Source of the DNA: an uncultured Planctomycetales bacterium
GTDB lineage: Bacteria > Omnitrophota > Gorgyraeia > Zapsychrales > Fredricksoniimonadaceae
Direction: 5' to 3'
Assembly (NCBI GenBank): GCA_964487685.1
Contig: CAZASA010000001.1
Location: forward strand, 2,855 to 66,854
DNA: 64,000 nt
This document shows, piece after piece, positions 18,756 to 30,157 of this stretch; positions within the stretch are counted from its first letter, which is position 1; the number at the start of each line of letters is the position of its first letter. The notes below the pieces were generated by a model that saw nothing but the letters and a program-made list of their open reading frames with translations, was not told the origin of the DNA and did no database searches. Both the position numbers and the translations under genes were made by a program.

Positions 18756-19624
18756 ATATTTTAGTCACAGGCGCCAATGGCTTTATCGGGCGCAGGTTAT
18801 CTTCGCGCCTGATGGCCCAAGGTCATCAGGTTTTTGGTCTTTCCCTTAAAAGCCCCTCGAAGCCTTCCCTTGGGTTTAAGCAGTATTTTCAACAGGATAT
18901 TACCAAACCATTTTCTATAAAATATCCTTTTGACCTTGTTGTTCATTTGGCCGCGTATAATATAACCAATGTCGGCGCCAAAGATGAGGACAAATATAAG
19001 GCTGTTAATATAGATGGGACCAGGCATCTGCTGCAAGGCGTTGATGCGAAACGTCTCATTTATTTATCAACCGCCAAAGTTTACAAGAATGAAGGTTTGG
19101 GCTTGATCGAAGATTCTCCGGTATTCCCGCTTGGCGCTTATGAGCAAAGTAAATTTAGGGCAGAAGAAATTTGCCAAGCTTTTTTAAAAAAGGGCCCTTT
19201 GGTCATATTAAGGTCCGTGAACGTGGTAGGCGCAGGGCAGGCGCCTAAGGCGGTGATACCGGTATTTTTTAAAAAAGCGAAGGCTGGCCAGCCGTTAGAT
19301 ATTATGTACGGCGGCGAGGTCCCGATGCAGTTTGTGTATGTTGAAGACCTTGTTGATGCTTTTGAAGCGGTGATCAGGCATGAGAAGATAGAGGGTATTT
19401 ATAATATAGCTTATGAAAGAACAGTTATTTTAAAACAGTTGGCCCGGAAGATCATTAAAATGACGCATTCCATATCAGCACTGAATATATCAAAGAGCAC
19501 TGCGAAGGTTTTATTTTCACCGGTAGTGTGCAATAAGGCGTATAAGCAATTGGGATGGAAGGCTAAAACTAATCTCACCAGGGTCCTGGAATTGTATTGG
19601 GAAGAAAATGCAAAAAACTTCTAA
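18752..19624 (+). CDS. NAD-dependent epimerase/dehydratase (SDR)
   Basis: MNILVTGANGFIGRR. YEQSK matches YxxxK. Confidence 0.75.
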   Translation: MNILVTGANGFIGRRLSSRLMAQGHQVFGLSLKSPSKPSLGFKQYFQQDITKPFSIKYPFDLVVHLAAYNITNVGAKDEDKYKAVNIDGTRHLLQGVDAKRLIYLSTAKVYKNEGLGLIEDSPVFPLGAYEQSKFRAEEICQAFLKKGPLVILRSVNVVGAGQAPKAVIPVFFKKAKAGQPLDIMYGGEVPMQFVYVEDLVDAFEAVIRHEKIEGIYNIAYERTVILKQLARKIIKMTHSISALNISKSTAKVLFSPVVCNKAYKQLGWKAKTNLTRVLELYWEENAKNF

Positions 19625-20723
19625 AAAGATCAAGATCTTGATTTGCGGCATCCTGCCGCCGCCGTATTTCGGCCATAGCATGGTCTATAAGATGTTAATG
19701 ACGTCCTCCTTTCCCACTGCGTTCGATACTAAATTCCTCAATATGCAATTTTGGTCCTATGGCACGCATAAAAAAGTGACCTGTGAAAAACTTTTTAAGA
19801 TGGTTAAATACTATGCTGTTTATCTAGGGACCTTGGTGTTTTGGCGGCCCAAGTATGTCCTTTATAACAGCAGTTTTTACCGTATGCCTTTTCTTAAAGA
19901 TTTGTTATTCTGTTCGACGGCGATCGTTTTGGGAAGCAAGCTTGTCTTCCATGACCTGGGACAATATGTCGGTGAGCTAGACCAGTCCCTGACAGGTTTT
20001 AAGAAAACAGCCCTGCGCTGGATGCTAAAGCATATGGGCGGCAGTATCATCATGGGAGAGAAGGTACGCCAGGATTATGAAGGCTTGGCCGATCCCTCAA
20101 GGCTCTTTGTGGTGCCTGGTTGTGCGGAAGACTCAAAATTGATCGTGGCAGAATCTCCCAAGATGTCTGGGAAGATCAACGTATTATATTTTTCACACAT
20201 GAGCCGGTTAAAAGGCGTCTATACGGCTTTTGAGGCGGCGTCACGCATTCTTAAAGAACGTTCAGATATCGTCGTGACTTTCGGCGGGCCGCTTGAAGAC
20301 GGGGAAGTTAAAAAACAGCTGGGAGCACTCCAAACGGGTTTTCCGGGAAGGGTCTCTTATTTAGGTTATGTCGAGGACGCCATTGAACGTACCAAGATCT
20401 TTCGGCAGGCGGATATTTTTATTTTTCCCACACTTAGGGACGTTTTTGGGCTTGTACTTCTTCATGCGATGGCAGAAGGCTTGCCTATAGTGGCTTCCGT
20501 CGAGGGGACTGTTCCTGAAATTGTCCCGGATGGTACCAATGCTTTGCTCGTCGAAAAAGGGGATGCCAAAGCCCTGGCTGACAAGATCCTTATTTTGGCA
20601 GGGGACGGTCAATTACGTGAGAAAATGGGCCAAGCGAACCGCCGCAGATTTGAAGAGAAGTACACATTAGAAAAATACGGGGCGACTATGATCAATGCCT
20701 TCCAAGAGATGGAAGTTCTCTAA
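19608..20723 (+). CDS. GT-B glycosyltransferase (family 4/GT1-type)
   Basis: C-terminal FPTLRDVFGLVLLHAMAEGLPIVAS...PEIV motif. Confidence 0.8.
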   Translation: MQKTSKKIKILICGILPPPYFGHSMVYKMLMTSSFPTAFDTKFLNMQFWSYGTHKKVTCEKLFKMVKYYAVYLGTLVFWRPKYVLYNSSFYRMPFLKDLLFCSTAIVLGSKLVFHDLGQYVGELDQSLTGFKKTALRWMLKHMGGSIIMGEKVRQDYEGLADPSRLFVVPGCAEDSKLIVAESPKMSGKINVLYFSHMSRLKGVYTAFEAASRILKERSDIVVTFGGPLEDGEVKKQLGALQTGFPGRVSYLGYVEDAIERTKIFRQADIFIFPTLRDVFGLVLLHAMAEGLPIVASVEGTVPEIVPDGTNALLVEKGDAKALADKILILAGDGQLREKMGQANRRRFEEKYTLEKYGATMINAFQEMEVL

Positions 20724-20775
20724 GAAAATTTATCCCACACCTTTATTTTCTGATATATAATAACCCACTTGAATT

Positions 20776-21525
20776 ATGCTCAATTCCATTTCCCTATTAG
20801 GCGTAAATATCAGCCGGGTCGATCCTGCCTTAGCCGTTAAGCAGATCCTCGAATGGGTAAGGCAAGATCACAAAACCTATGTATGTGTGGCGCCGGTATC
20901 GACCCTGGTTGATGCCAAGCGCGATCCAAAATATTTGCAGGCAGTCAATAAAGCGGGGATGGTCACTCCTGATGGTATGCCTGTAGTGTGGCTGGCCCAG
21001 GCCCGCGGCTGTAAAGACATCAAAAGGACTTACGGACCTGATTTACTTTTAGAGGCGTGTGATCGCGGGCAGGACCTTGGCCTGCGTCATTTCTTTTACG
21101 GCGGGACTGACGCAACTTTATGGAAATTAAAACAGAAGCTTGAAGAAGTTTTTCCCCGGATGCTGGTGGTTGGGACCTATGCGCCTGCCTTTCATCCCGG
21201 CATTTGGCAGGAAAAAGCCCAAATCATTGACCGGATCAATAGCCTTGAAGCGGATATTGTTTGGGTGGGGCTTGGCAGCCCTAAGCAGGATTTTTGGATG
21301 CAGGTACATAGGCCTTTATTGAACGCTCCTGTGATCGTCGGAGCAGGGGCCGCTTTTGATTTTTGTTCGGGGGTCAAACCCCAGGCTCCCCGATGGATGC
21401 AGCGTTGCGGATTAGAATGGTTTTTTCGCCTTTGGTGTGAGCCTAAACGTTTATGGAAGCGGTACTTGATCGGCAATAGCTTGTTTATCTTTTATGTGAT
21501 CAAAGACCTGTTCAAAAAAACATGA
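20776..21525 (+). CDS. WecB/TagA/CpsF family glycosyltransferase (GT26)
   Basis: Contains VTPDGMPVVWLAQARG and GLGSPKQDFWM. Confidence 0.8.
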   Translation: MLNSISLLGVNISRVDPALAVKQILEWVRQDHKTYVCVAPVSTLVDAKRDPKYLQAVNKAGMVTPDGMPVVWLAQARGCKDIKRTYGPDLLLEACDRGQDLGLRHFFYGGTDATLWKLKQKLEEVFPRMLVVGTYAPAFHPGIWQEKAQIIDRINSLEADIVWVGLGSPKQDFWMQVHRPLLNAPVIVGAGAAFDFCSGVKPQAPRWMQRCGLEWFFRLWCEPKRLWKRYLIGNSLFIFYVIKDLFKKT

Positions 21526-22937
21526 AAAAACGGATCCAACCCATCCTTATTGTCATCATTTATTCAGCCATTGATGTGGCGTGTATCGTCCTGGCATTTT
21601 ATCTGGTATTGATCTTTAGGCCACAAACGGTCCCTTTCAGTGTTTCATTACAATCCTTTTTTTCCTCGTCCAATCCTTTTAAGTTACTTTTTTTAGCCTG
21701 GACACTATTGATCCTTTTTTTCCATCATACCCATGGCCTTTACCAAACCCGTCGGGAACAAATGGAAAGCCTGGAGATATGGGAAGTTGTCAAATCTATC
21801 GTGATTTCAACCCTGTCGATCATTGTCCTTGCTTTTTTATTCAGGATACAGGATTTTCCCCGAAGCGTCATGATCCTTAACGCGGTGGTGATCACAGGTT
21901 TTTGTTCCATATGGAGATTTTTAAAGAAATTGCTGGTCAATTATCTGGTGGCCAGCGGCTATAATAACTTTAATACGTTGATCATCGGTGCCGGGAAGAT
22001 CGGCACTTCACTTGCCGCGGAGATAAAATTACGGCCGGCATTAGGGGTAAAGATCAAAGGTTTCCTGGATGATAACAAGACCGGTAAATGCGGCCATTGG
22101 CCCATATTAGGGAAATTGGATAGTTTTCAAGAGATCATCCAGCGGGAATTCATCCAAAAGGTGTTCATCACGATCTACCCTGATCATCAGACTTTTATTA
22201 AAATACTGGAAATAGCCAAGGAAGAAGGTTTGGCCGTCAGAGTGGTACCGCAAGGGTATGAATATATGGCCAACGATTTCATCAGGTATAATATCGGTTT
22301 TATACCAATCCTGGAATATTCTGATATTGATATCAGTTACAGTCTAAGGTTCAAACGCGTGTTTGACCTGGTCGCATCCTTCCTCTTATTGGTACTTTTG
22401 CTGCCGGTCTTTGCAGTATTGTGTTTGCTCATCATATGCGACAGCCCAGGCCCGATTTTTTATCGTTCCAGCCGTTATGGCCGTTACGGTCAAAAGTTCA
22501 ACATGTACAAGTTTAGAAGCATGGTCACCAATGCCGATGATCTTTTGGGAAAGCTGAAAGAAAAAAATGAGGTCGACGGGCCTATATTCAAGATCAAGAA
22601 CGACCCGCGCATCACCCGAATGGGTGCTTTTTTACGCCGTTACAGTCTTGATGAATTGCCGCAGATATTAAATGTGCTTAAAGCCGATATGAGTTTGGTT
22701 GGTCCCAGGCCGTTTCCTATCAATCAGTTAGAAAAAGAAGACTTACGTCAGTTAAAACGTCTTGGGATACGCCCGGGCATCACGGGCCTTTGGCAGATCA
22801 AAGGCCGGAGTGACCTGACATTTGAAAAATTATTACATTGGGACATTTGGTACATTAAGAACTGGTCGTTTTGGCTGGACATCTATATATTGTTGCAGAC
22901 CATTCCGGTGGTTTTTAAAGGCAAAGGGGCATATTGA
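21522..22937 (+). CDS. Polyprenyl-phosphate sugar phosphotransferase (WcaJ/WbaP-type initiating enzyme)
   Basis: N-terminal TM bundle, then [10 protein letters not shown]...GPIFYRS...KFRSM...[21 protein letters not shown]. Confidence 0.85.
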   Translation: MKKRIQPILIVIIYSAIDVACIVLAFYLVLIFRPQTVPFSVSLQSFFSSSNPFKLLFLAWTLLILFFHHTHGLYQTRREQMESLEIWEVVKSIVISTLSIIVLAFLFRIQDFPRSVMILNAVVITGFCSIWRFLKKLLVNYLVASGYNNFNTLIIGAGKIGTSLAAEIKLRPALGVKIKGFLDDNKTGKCGHWPILGKLDSFQEIIQREFIQKVFITIYPDHQTFIKILEIAKEEGLAVRVVPQGYEYMANDFIRYNIGFIPILEYSDIDISYSLRFKRVFDLVASFLLLVLLLPVFAVLCLLIICDSPGPIFYRSSRYGRYGQKFNMYKFRSMVTNADDLLGKLKEKNEVDGPIFKIKNDPRITRMGAFLRRYSLDELPQILNVLKADMSLVGPRPFPINQLEKEDLRQLKRLGIRPGITGLWQIKGRSDLTFEKLLHWDIWYIKNWSFWLDIYILLQTIPVVFKGKGAY

Positions 22938-23941
22938 TGAAAAAAGCATTGATCACTGGGATCACCGGTCAGGATGGCTCATATTTAGCCGAATTGTTGA
23001 TCCAAAAAGGATATACGGTTTATGGGATCATCCGCCGTTCAAGCAGTTTCAATACCCAACGCATAGACCATCTTTATCAAGACCCCCATGAGAAGGCGCG
23101 TAAACTGAACCTTGTTTATGGCGACTTAAACGATGCTAGTTCGTTGAACTCTTTGATCAAGAACATCCGTCCGGATGAGATCTACAATTTGGGGGCGCAG
23201 AGCCACGTTAAGGTGAGTTTCGAAGTGCCTGAATACACCGCGGAAGTGACAGGATTGGGAACGGCCCGACTGCTTGAAGCTATCAGGGACACCGGGGTCA
23301 GGACCAAATTCTACCAGGCTTCATCGTCGGAAATGTTTGGCAAGGTCTGTCAAACCCCTCAAAATGAGCTTACCCCGTTTTATCCTCGAAGCCCTTATGG
23401 AGCCGCGAAGGTCTATGCGTATTGGATGACGGTCAACTACCGCGAGGCGTACAAGATGTTCGCCTGCAATGGTATTTTATTCAACCATGAGTCTCCCCGC
23501 CGCGGGGAGACCTTTGTGACCCGCAAGATCACCATGGCGCTGGCACGCATCAAGCATGGGCTTCAAAAGAAATTATATTTAGGCAATCTAGATGCCAAGC
23601 GTGACTGGGGTTTTGCCGGGGATTATGTCGAAGCTATGTGGCTGATATTGCAGCAGCCCAAACCCGATGATTTTGTGATCGCCACCGGAGAGACCCATTC
23701 GGTCAAAGAATTCCTGGCAGCGGCTTTTGACTATGCCAAGCTTGACTGGAAGAAATATGTAGTCATCGATAAACGGTATCTGCGTCCGACCGAAGTCGAT
23801 CTTCTGCTCGGGGATAGTTCAAAGGCCCGTCGCGTCCTTAAATGGAAGCCGAAGGTCAATTTTGGACAATTGGTGCGTATGATGGTTGACAGTGATATGA
23901 AATTAGTGCGCCGGGGCATTTACGGATCAAAGGGAAAGTAA
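22937..23941 (+). CDS. gmd: GDP-mannose 4,6-dehydratase
   Basis: [31 protein letters not shown] and [17 protein letters not shown]. Confidence 0.9.
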   Translation: MKKALITGITGQDGSYLAELLIQKGYTVYGIIRRSSSFNTQRIDHLYQDPHEKARKLNLVYGDLNDASSLNSLIKNIRPDEIYNLGAQSHVKVSFEVPEYTAEVTGLGTARLLEAIRDTGVRTKFYQASSSEMFGKVCQTPQNELTPFYPRSPYGAAKVYAYWMTVNYREAYKMFACNGILFNHESPRRGETFVTRKITMALARIKHGLQKKLYLGNLDAKRDWGFAGDYVEAMWLILQQPKPDDFVIATGETHSVKEFLAAAFDYAKLDWKKYVVIDKRYLRPTEVDLLLGDSSKARRVLKWKPKVNFGQLVRMMVDSDMKLVRRGIYGSKGK

Positions 23942-24880
<939 letters not shown>

Positions 24881-24903
24881 GCCTAGCAAGAAACAGGGAA
24901 TCT

Positions 24904-24931
24904 TTGACAAAACAGCATCCTCGGTTATAAT
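24904..24931 (+). promoter_or_regulatory. Sigma-70-type promoter for pgk-tpiA-secG
   Basis: TTGACA (24904-24909), 16-nt spacer, TATAAT (24926-24931). AGGAG at 24965-24969 precedes the ATG at 24977. Confidence 0.6.
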
Positions 24932-24976
24932 ACTTTCTTTTTACATATATATTAAGGAATAGACAGGAGTTCGGTT

Positions 24977-26158
24977 ATGCAGAAAATGACTGTGCGGGAT
25001 ATCGATGTTAAGGGGAAAAAAGTCATTATCCGGGTAGATTTCAATGTACCCCTGGAGGGGGACAAGATCACGGATGACCGTCGTATTACTGCGGCCTTGC
25101 CTACGATCAAATATGTCCTGGACCATGGGGCTTCCAAGGTCATCCTGATGAGCCATTTAGGCCGTCCCAAGGGGACTGGCTTTGAGAAGGAATTCTCACT
25201 TTTACCTGCAGCCAAACATTTACAGGAATTACTTAAGGAAAAGGTATTGTTCCTTAATGATTGCATAGGACCTGCTGTCAAAGAAGCGATTGCCAAATCA
25301 ACCGAACGTGTTGTTTTGCTGGAGAATTTGCGTTTTCATAAAGCTGAAGAAAAGAATGATCCTGCCTTTGCCAAAGAATTGGCTTCCCTGGCAGATATCT
25401 ATGTGAACGATGCCTTTGGTACCGCGCACCGCGCCCATGCCTCAACAGCGGGGATTACAGCTTATTTACCGTCGGTAGCAGGGTTCCTGATAGAAAAGGA
25501 ATTGCAATTTTTAGGGAATGCGATCAATAACCCCAAACGCCCGTTGGTCATCATATTAGGAGGAGCCAAGGTCTCAGATAAGATCGAATTGATCAAGAAT
25601 CTGATCCCCAAGGCCAATAGTATTATCATCGGCGGCGGGATGGCGTATACATTTTTGAAAGCCCAGGGCATCAATGTCGGCAATTCCAAGTTGGAAAAAG
25701 ACAAGGTGGACATGGCCCGTGATCTGATGGAACAAGCCAAAAAGGCACGGGTGGAATTTTCTTTGACCACTGATTTCGTCATCACCCAAAGTTTTACCAG
25801 CGATGATTGTAAGGTTTCTGATGTGATCCCCGATGGTTGGGAAAGCCTGGATATCGGCCCCAAGACCATTAAACGTTATGAGGCCATCTTGTCAAAGGCT
25901 AAAACCGTGGTATGGAACGGGCCTTTAGGGGTTTTTGAACGTGATGCTTATGCCAAAGGGACCCGGGCGATCGCGGATTATTTGGCTTCATTAAAGGATG
26001 TGACCGTGATCATCGGCGGCGGAGATTCCGCGGCTGCAGTGGCCAAATTCGGCCTGGAAGATAAAATGACGCATATTTCGACCGGCGGCGGGGCGTCATT
26101 GGAATTTTTGGAAGGCAAAGAATTGCCCGGTATCGCGGCACTTAATGATAAAAAATGA
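24977..26158 (+). CDS. pgk: Phosphoglycerate kinase
   Basis: 393 aa. [15 protein letters not shown] and GGGDSAAAV motifs. Confidence 0.95.
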   Translation: MQKMTVRDIDVKGKKVIIRVDFNVPLEGDKITDDRRITAALPTIKYVLDHGASKVILMSHLGRPKGTGFEKEFSLLPAAKHLQELLKEKVLFLNDCIGPAVKEAIAKSTERVVLLENLRFHKAEEKNDPAFAKELASLADIYVNDAFGTAHRAHASTAGITAYLPSVAGFLIEKELQFLGNAINNPKRPLVIILGGAKVSDKIELIKNLIPKANSIIIGGGMAYTFLKAQGINVGNSKLEKDKVDMARDLMEQAKKARVEFSLTTDFVITQSFTSDDCKVSDVIPDGWESLDIGPKTIKRYEAILSKAKTVVWNGPLGVFERDAYAKGTRAIADYLASLKDVTVIIGGGDSAAAVAKFGLEDKMTHISTGGGASLEFLEGKELPGIAALNDKK

Positions 26159-26176
26159 CACCGACGTAATGTTAGT

Positions 26177-26206
26177 GTCATCCCCGAATGTTTTTATCGG
26201 GGATCC
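26177..26206. repeat. Small palindromic repeat unit (GTC-ATCCCCGA-loop-TCGGGGAT-CC)
   Basis: 8-bp perfect stem (26180-26187 / 26197-26204) with a 9-nt loop. Same family as 26216-26240 and 27456-27485. Confidence 0.75.
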
Positions 26207-26215
26207 ATTTTAGAA

Positions 26216-26240
26216 GGATTCCCGCTTTCGCGGGAATGAC
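26216..26240. repeat. Small palindromic repeat unit, inverted orientation (GG-ATTCCCGC-TTTC-GCGGGAAT-GAC)
   Basis: 8-bp perfect stem (26218-26225 / 26230-26237) with a 4-nt loop. Its translation gives the repeat-derived IPAFAGMT peptide in the spurious extension of the tpiA ORF. Confidence 0.75.
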
Positions 26241-26247
26241 AAATCAT

Positions 26248-27015
26248 ATGAGAAAACCGATCATTGCTGGTAACTGGAAATTAAATAAGAATCCTCATGA
26301 GGCGCTGGTCCTGGCTGATGAATTAAAACGTGAATTGGTGGACATCACCGGCGTCGATGTGGTGGTCTGCCCGCCTTTTGTGGATTTGACCGACGTTTCC
26401 GATGCCCTGATCGACCATGACATTGCTTTGGGCGCACAGAATGTATTTTGGGAAGATGCCGGCGCTTTTACCGGAGAAGTATCTGCCCCTATGCTTAAGG
26501 ACCTGGGTGTGACTTACGTGATCATTGGGCATTCCGAGCGCCGCCTGTATTTCCATGAGACCAATGAAACAGTCAACAAACGCCTGCGCGCGGTATTAAA
26601 ACATGGGCTGACTCCAATCGTCTGCGTGGGGGAAAACCTTGCCCAGCGTGAAGCGAATTCGACCTTTGATGTTATTAAAGACCACTGCGAAGGATCTCTT
26701 AAGGGATTATCAGTGGACGAAATGAAAAGTGTCATCGTGGCTTACGAGCCCGTTTGGGCCATTGGAACGGGCAAGACCGCAACTCCTCAACAAGCCCAGG
26801 AAGTGCATGTTTTTATCCGTCAGTTATTGGGGAAAATGTTTGATGTCCAAATAGCTAATAGTGTGCGTATCCAATACGGCGGCAGTGTGACGCCCGATAA
26901 TATTGTTTCCTTGATGGCCCAGCCTGATATCGACGGGGCCTTGGTGGGAGGGGCAAGCTTGAAAGCGCCTTCTTTTGCCGCTATCGTCAAGGGTGCTAAA
27001 AAAACAGGAGTCTAA
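26248..27015 (+). CDS. tpiA: Triosephosphate isomerase
   Basis: The ATG at 26248 gives MRKPIIAGNWKLN. Also IIGHSERR and AYEPVWAIGTG. Confidence 0.95.
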   Translation: MRKPIIAGNWKLNKNPHEALVLADELKRELVDITGVDVVVCPPFVDLTDVSDALIDHDIALGAQNVFWEDAGAFTGEVSAPMLKDLGVTYVIIGHSERRLYFHETNETVNKRLRAVLKHGLTPIVCVGENLAQREANSTFDVIKDHCEGSLKGLSVDEMKSVIVAYEPVWAIGTGKTATPQQAQEVHVFIRQLLGKMFDVQIANSVRIQYGGSVTPDNIVSLMAQPDIDGALVGGASLKAPSFAAIVKGAKKTGV

Positions 27016-27019
27016 ATTT

Positions 27020-27427
27020 ATGGGTTTTATCCTCGTTATTCATGTCGTTGTTTGTGTGCTTTTGGTGATCGCCATCTTAATGCAGGCAGGCCGCGGCGGC
27101 GGTTTGACAGAGTCCTTCCAATCCGCTGAATCCATGTTCGGGACCCAGACCAATGTGTTCATGGTGCGATTTACGACGATTCTGGCAGTGATTTTTTTGA
27201 GCACGTCATTGTTCTTGGCTTTCAATTCCTCTAAGATGGATAAGTCGTTGATGGCCAATAAGAAACTTTTATCCACTGTCCCCATGCCAATGCCAGCGCC
27301 TAAATCCAAAGACGCAGAAGGGGACGTTCAAGTCAAGGTCGAGCCATATAAGCAAACGGCGCCGGCTCCAAGCGCGCCTTCAAGCAATAATGCTCCGGTT
27401 AATCCCATGACTAATGCAGAAAAATAA
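27020..27427 (+). CDS. secG: Preprotein translocase subunit SecG (with Pro/Ala-rich C-terminal tail)
   Basis: The ATG at 27020 follows AGGAG (27006-27010). LLVIAILMQAGRGGGL motif. Confidence 0.8.
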   Translation: MGFILVIHVVVCVLLVIAILMQAGRGGGLTESFQSAESMFGTQTNVFMVRFTTILAVIFLSTSLFLAFNSSKMDKSLMANKKLLSTVPMPMPAPKSKDAEGDVQVKVEPYKQTAPAPSAPSSNNAPVNPMTNAEK

Positions 27428-29186
27428 TGTCATTCTTGAATATAAATTCCAGCATGTCATTCCCGAATGCTTTAGTCGGGAATCCATAACAAAATTACTA
27501 ATTACTTTTTTCTTCATTTACTTTTGTATTGTGGCTTCAAACGTTCATGCCGCTTCTGGCCGCTACGGCGGCAGCCTAGTGGAAGCAACCCCTTCCGATC
27601 CAAAAACTTTCAATATGATCGTCTCAACAGATGTTTACAGCGATGCGGCGACAAGCTTTCTTTTTGAGGGCTTGACCACTGAGGACCATCTTACCTTAAA
27701 GGTCATCCCTAATTTAGCCAAATCCTGGGACATTTCACCCGACGGTCTTCAATGGACATTTCATTTAAGGGAACATGTCACCTGGTTTGACGGGCAACCT
27801 TTCGGTGCGGATGATGTGGTATTTACTTTCAATGACTTGATCTATAATCCGGATATCCCTTCGTCTTCAAAGGATGTGTTGACCATTAATGGGAGACCTT
27901 TTAAAGTTGAAAAGATCGATGAGCATACCGTACGGTTTACCTTGCCGGTCAAATTTGCGCCATTCTTGAGGGCCATGGAACAGCCTCTTTTGCCCAAGCA
28001 TTGCCTATCGCAGGCAGTAGCTCAAAAGAAATTTTCTTTTACCTGGGGCATTGATACGCCGCCTGCCCGGATCATAGGCACCGGCCCATTTATGTTAAGC
28101 GAATATCATCCCGGTGAGCGCCTCGTTTACAAGCGCAATCCCCATTATTGGAAAAAATCATCTCAAGGGGGTCCCTTGCCTTATCTGGACAAGGTCATTT
28201 ATTTGATCATTCCTGATCCTCAAGCCCAACTGTTGAAATTTATAGACGGAGAAACTGACGATACGGCTGTCAGCGGCAGTGATTATCCGTTACTTAAACC
28301 GATGGAGAGGCAAAAAGATTTTCATATTTATGACGAGGGGCCTGATTACGGTACGAGATTCATCACCTTCAACCAAAATCCGGGGCTTAACCCTAATACC
28401 CGCAAACCTTATGTTGATCCGGTTAAGCTGTCCTGGTTTACCGACCTGCAATTCCGTCAGGCCGTTGCGCACGCGATCGACAAAAAAAAGATCATTGAGA
28501 TCCTTAATAATGGTTTTGGGCAGCCTCAGAACGGTCCCATGAGCCCCAGCAGCGGATTTTTTTATACTCCTGACGTGACAATTTATGACTATGATCTAAA
28601 AAAGGCAAAGGCTATCCTGGAGCAAGCCGGCTATCACTATAGTCAGAGAGATGGAAAACTGGAAGATCCCAAGGGCCATCCCGTGGAATTTAATTTATTG
28701 ACCACGGCAACGGATGATCCTTTAGCACAGCAATTGGCTTTTATGATCAGGTCGGATTTAGAACAGTTAGGGATGAAGGTCAATTTAGTATCGTTGGAAT
28801 TCAACGCCCTAGTCAATAAATTGACCTCTTCTTATGATTGGGATGCGGTGATCATAGGTTTGACCGGCGGGGTGGAGCCTCATTTTGGGCAAAACGTATG
28901 GAAGTCTTCCGGGGGCTTGCATTTGTGGGACCCGCACCAGGCCAAGCCCGCGACCGCGTGGGAAAAGAGGATGGATGAAATTTATGATCAGGGCGTTGAA
29001 GAACTTGATGAGAACAAGCGCAAGGTCTTGTATGATGAATTCCAGCGTATTGCCGCCGATGAACTTCCGGTGATCTATACCATCTTGAATGTTGACATGA
29101 TCGCTGTGCGCAATAAATTCGGTAATCTTAAACCCACTGTCAACGGCGGGCCGTTTAATAATATTGAGGAAATATATGTTAAATGA
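27414..29186 (+). CDS. ABC transporter substrate-binding protein, family 5 (peptide/nickel/opine, OppA/DppA-like)
   Basis: 590 aa. Hydrophobic signal/anchor (LLITFFFIYFCIVASNVHAAS) followed by an SBP_bac_5-like body. Start is uncertain because the only in-frame ATG lies upstream of the repeat. Confidence 0.75.
   Translation: MQKNNVILEYKFQHVIPECFSRESITKLLITFFFIYFCIVASNVHAASGRYGGSLVEATPSDPKTFNMIVSTDVYSDAATSFLFEGLTTEDHLTLKVIPNLAKSWDISPDGLQWTFHLREHVTWFDGQPFGADDVVFTFNDLIYNPDIPSSSKDVLTINGRPFKVEKIDEHTVRFTLPVKFAPFLRAMEQPLLPKHCLSQAVAQKKFSFTWGIDTPPARIIGTGPFMLSEYHPGERLVYKRNPHYWKKSSQGGPLPYLDKVIYLIIPDPQAQLLKFIDGETDDTAVSGSDYPLLKPMERQKDFHIYDEGPDYGTRFITFNQNPGLNPNTRKPYVDPVKLSWFTDLQFRQAVAHAIDKKKIIEILNNGFGQPQNGPMSPSSGFFYTPDVTIYDYDLKKAKAILEQAGYHYSQRDGKLEDPKGHPVEFNLLTTATDDPLAQQLAFMIRSDLEQLGMKVNLVSLEFNALVNKLTSSYDWDAVIIGLTGGVEPHFGQNVWKSSGGLHLWDPHQAKPATAWEKRMDEIYDQGVEELDENKRKVLYDEFQRIAADELPVIYTILNVDMIAVRNKFGNLKPTVNGGPFNNIEEIYVK
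27456..27485. repeat. Small palindromic repeat unit (GTC-ATTCCCGA-loop-TCGGGAAT-CC)
   Basis: 8-bp perfect stem (27459-27466 / 27476-27483) with a 9-nt loop. Third member of the family. Lies inside the annotated 5' end of the next ORF. Confidence 0.75.
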
Positions 29187-30157
29187 TTAACCCTATTATC
29201 CAACGCCTTTGCTCGACGATCCTGCTGTTGCTTACGATCAGCTTCTTGACCTTCTGGTTGATGCATGCGACGCCGGGAAGTTTTTTTGACAGTTTGCGCC
29301 TTAATCCACAGATCTCACCGGAAACAATTTCACGTTACGAGAATTTATATCATCTTCATGACCCTTTGCTGGTGCAATACGGTCATTGGGTCATCAATAT
29401 CCTGCACGGGGAATGGGGGTATTCGTTTTATTATAATGTGCCGGTCACCTATGTCCTGGGCAGCCGGTTATTCAATACGTTTATCCTGGCCTTTACCAGT
29501 TTAATTTTGACCTGGAGCATCGCGATCCCATTTGGTATTTGGGCGGCGCTTAGGCGTAATCATTGGATAGACAGGGTGCTATCGGTATTTTCCTTTGCTG
29601 CTCTTTCAACACCGGGGTTCTTCTTAGCGGTGCTTGTTTTATATGCGGCCAGTAAATGGGGAGCTTTGCCTTTGGGAGGCATGCACAGCCCTAATTTTGA
29701 TGATATGACCTGCCTTGGAAAGATCTGGGACACGCTTTTGCATCTGGTGATACCAGCTTCTGTCCTTTCCTTGTCGTCTATTGCTTCCTTACAGCGGATC
29801 ATGCGCGGGAATATGCTGGGCGTTTTGCGCCAACAATATATTTTAGCGGCCCGCGCCAAAGGGCTACCTGAACAGATCGTGATCTACCGCCATGCCCTGC
29901 GCAACGCGTTTAATCCTTTGGTCACCCTTTTAGGATATGACTTTGCTTCCCTTTTAAGCGGGGCGGCATTGATCGAAATCGTTTGCTCTTGGCCGGGTTT
30001 AGGTTCTTTGCTGTTGACCGCGGTGCGCGCTAAGGATATTTATTTAGTGATGAGCAGTACACTATTGGCAGGTGTGCTTTTGGTCTTGGGTAATGTTTTG
30101 GCTGATATTTTATTGACCCTGGTCGATCCGCGTATCCGATATGAAAAATCTAATTGA
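29183..30157 (+). CDS. ABC transporter permease (OppB/DppB-like)
   Basis: 324 aa. Typical N-terminus (RLCSTILLLLTISFLTFWLMHATPG) and an EAA-like region (AARAKGLPE). Confidence 0.85.
   Translation: MINPIIQRLCSTILLLLTISFLTFWLMHATPGSFFDSLRLNPQISPETISRYENLYHLHDPLLVQYGHWVINILHGEWGYSFYYNVPVTYVLGSRLFNTFILAFTSLILTWSIAIPFGIWAALRRNHWIDRVLSVFSFAALSTPGFFLAVLVLYAASKWGALPLGGMHSPNFDDMTCLGKIWDTLLHLVIPASVLSLSSIASLQRIMRGNMLGVLRQQYILAARAKGLPEQIVIYRHALRNAFNPLVTLLGYDFASLLSGAALIEIVCSWPGLGSLLLTAVRAKDIYLVMSSTLLAGVLLVLGNVLADILLTLVDPRIRYEKSN

Noticed and set aside
20724-20775. TATAAT hexamer (20756-20761) upstream of the GT26 gene as an internal promoter of the glycan locus.
   Set aside because: No acceptable -35 element lies at the right spacing. 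The hexamer is only about 15 nt from the start codon, with no RBS in between. It is probably a chance match in AT-rich spacer.
26188-26247. N-terminal 20-codon extension of the tpiA ORF in the six-frame track ([20 protein letters not shown]).
   Set aside because: It is the translation of the palindromic repeat units. The conserved TpiA N-terminus (MRKPIIAGNWKLN) starts at the ATG at 26248.
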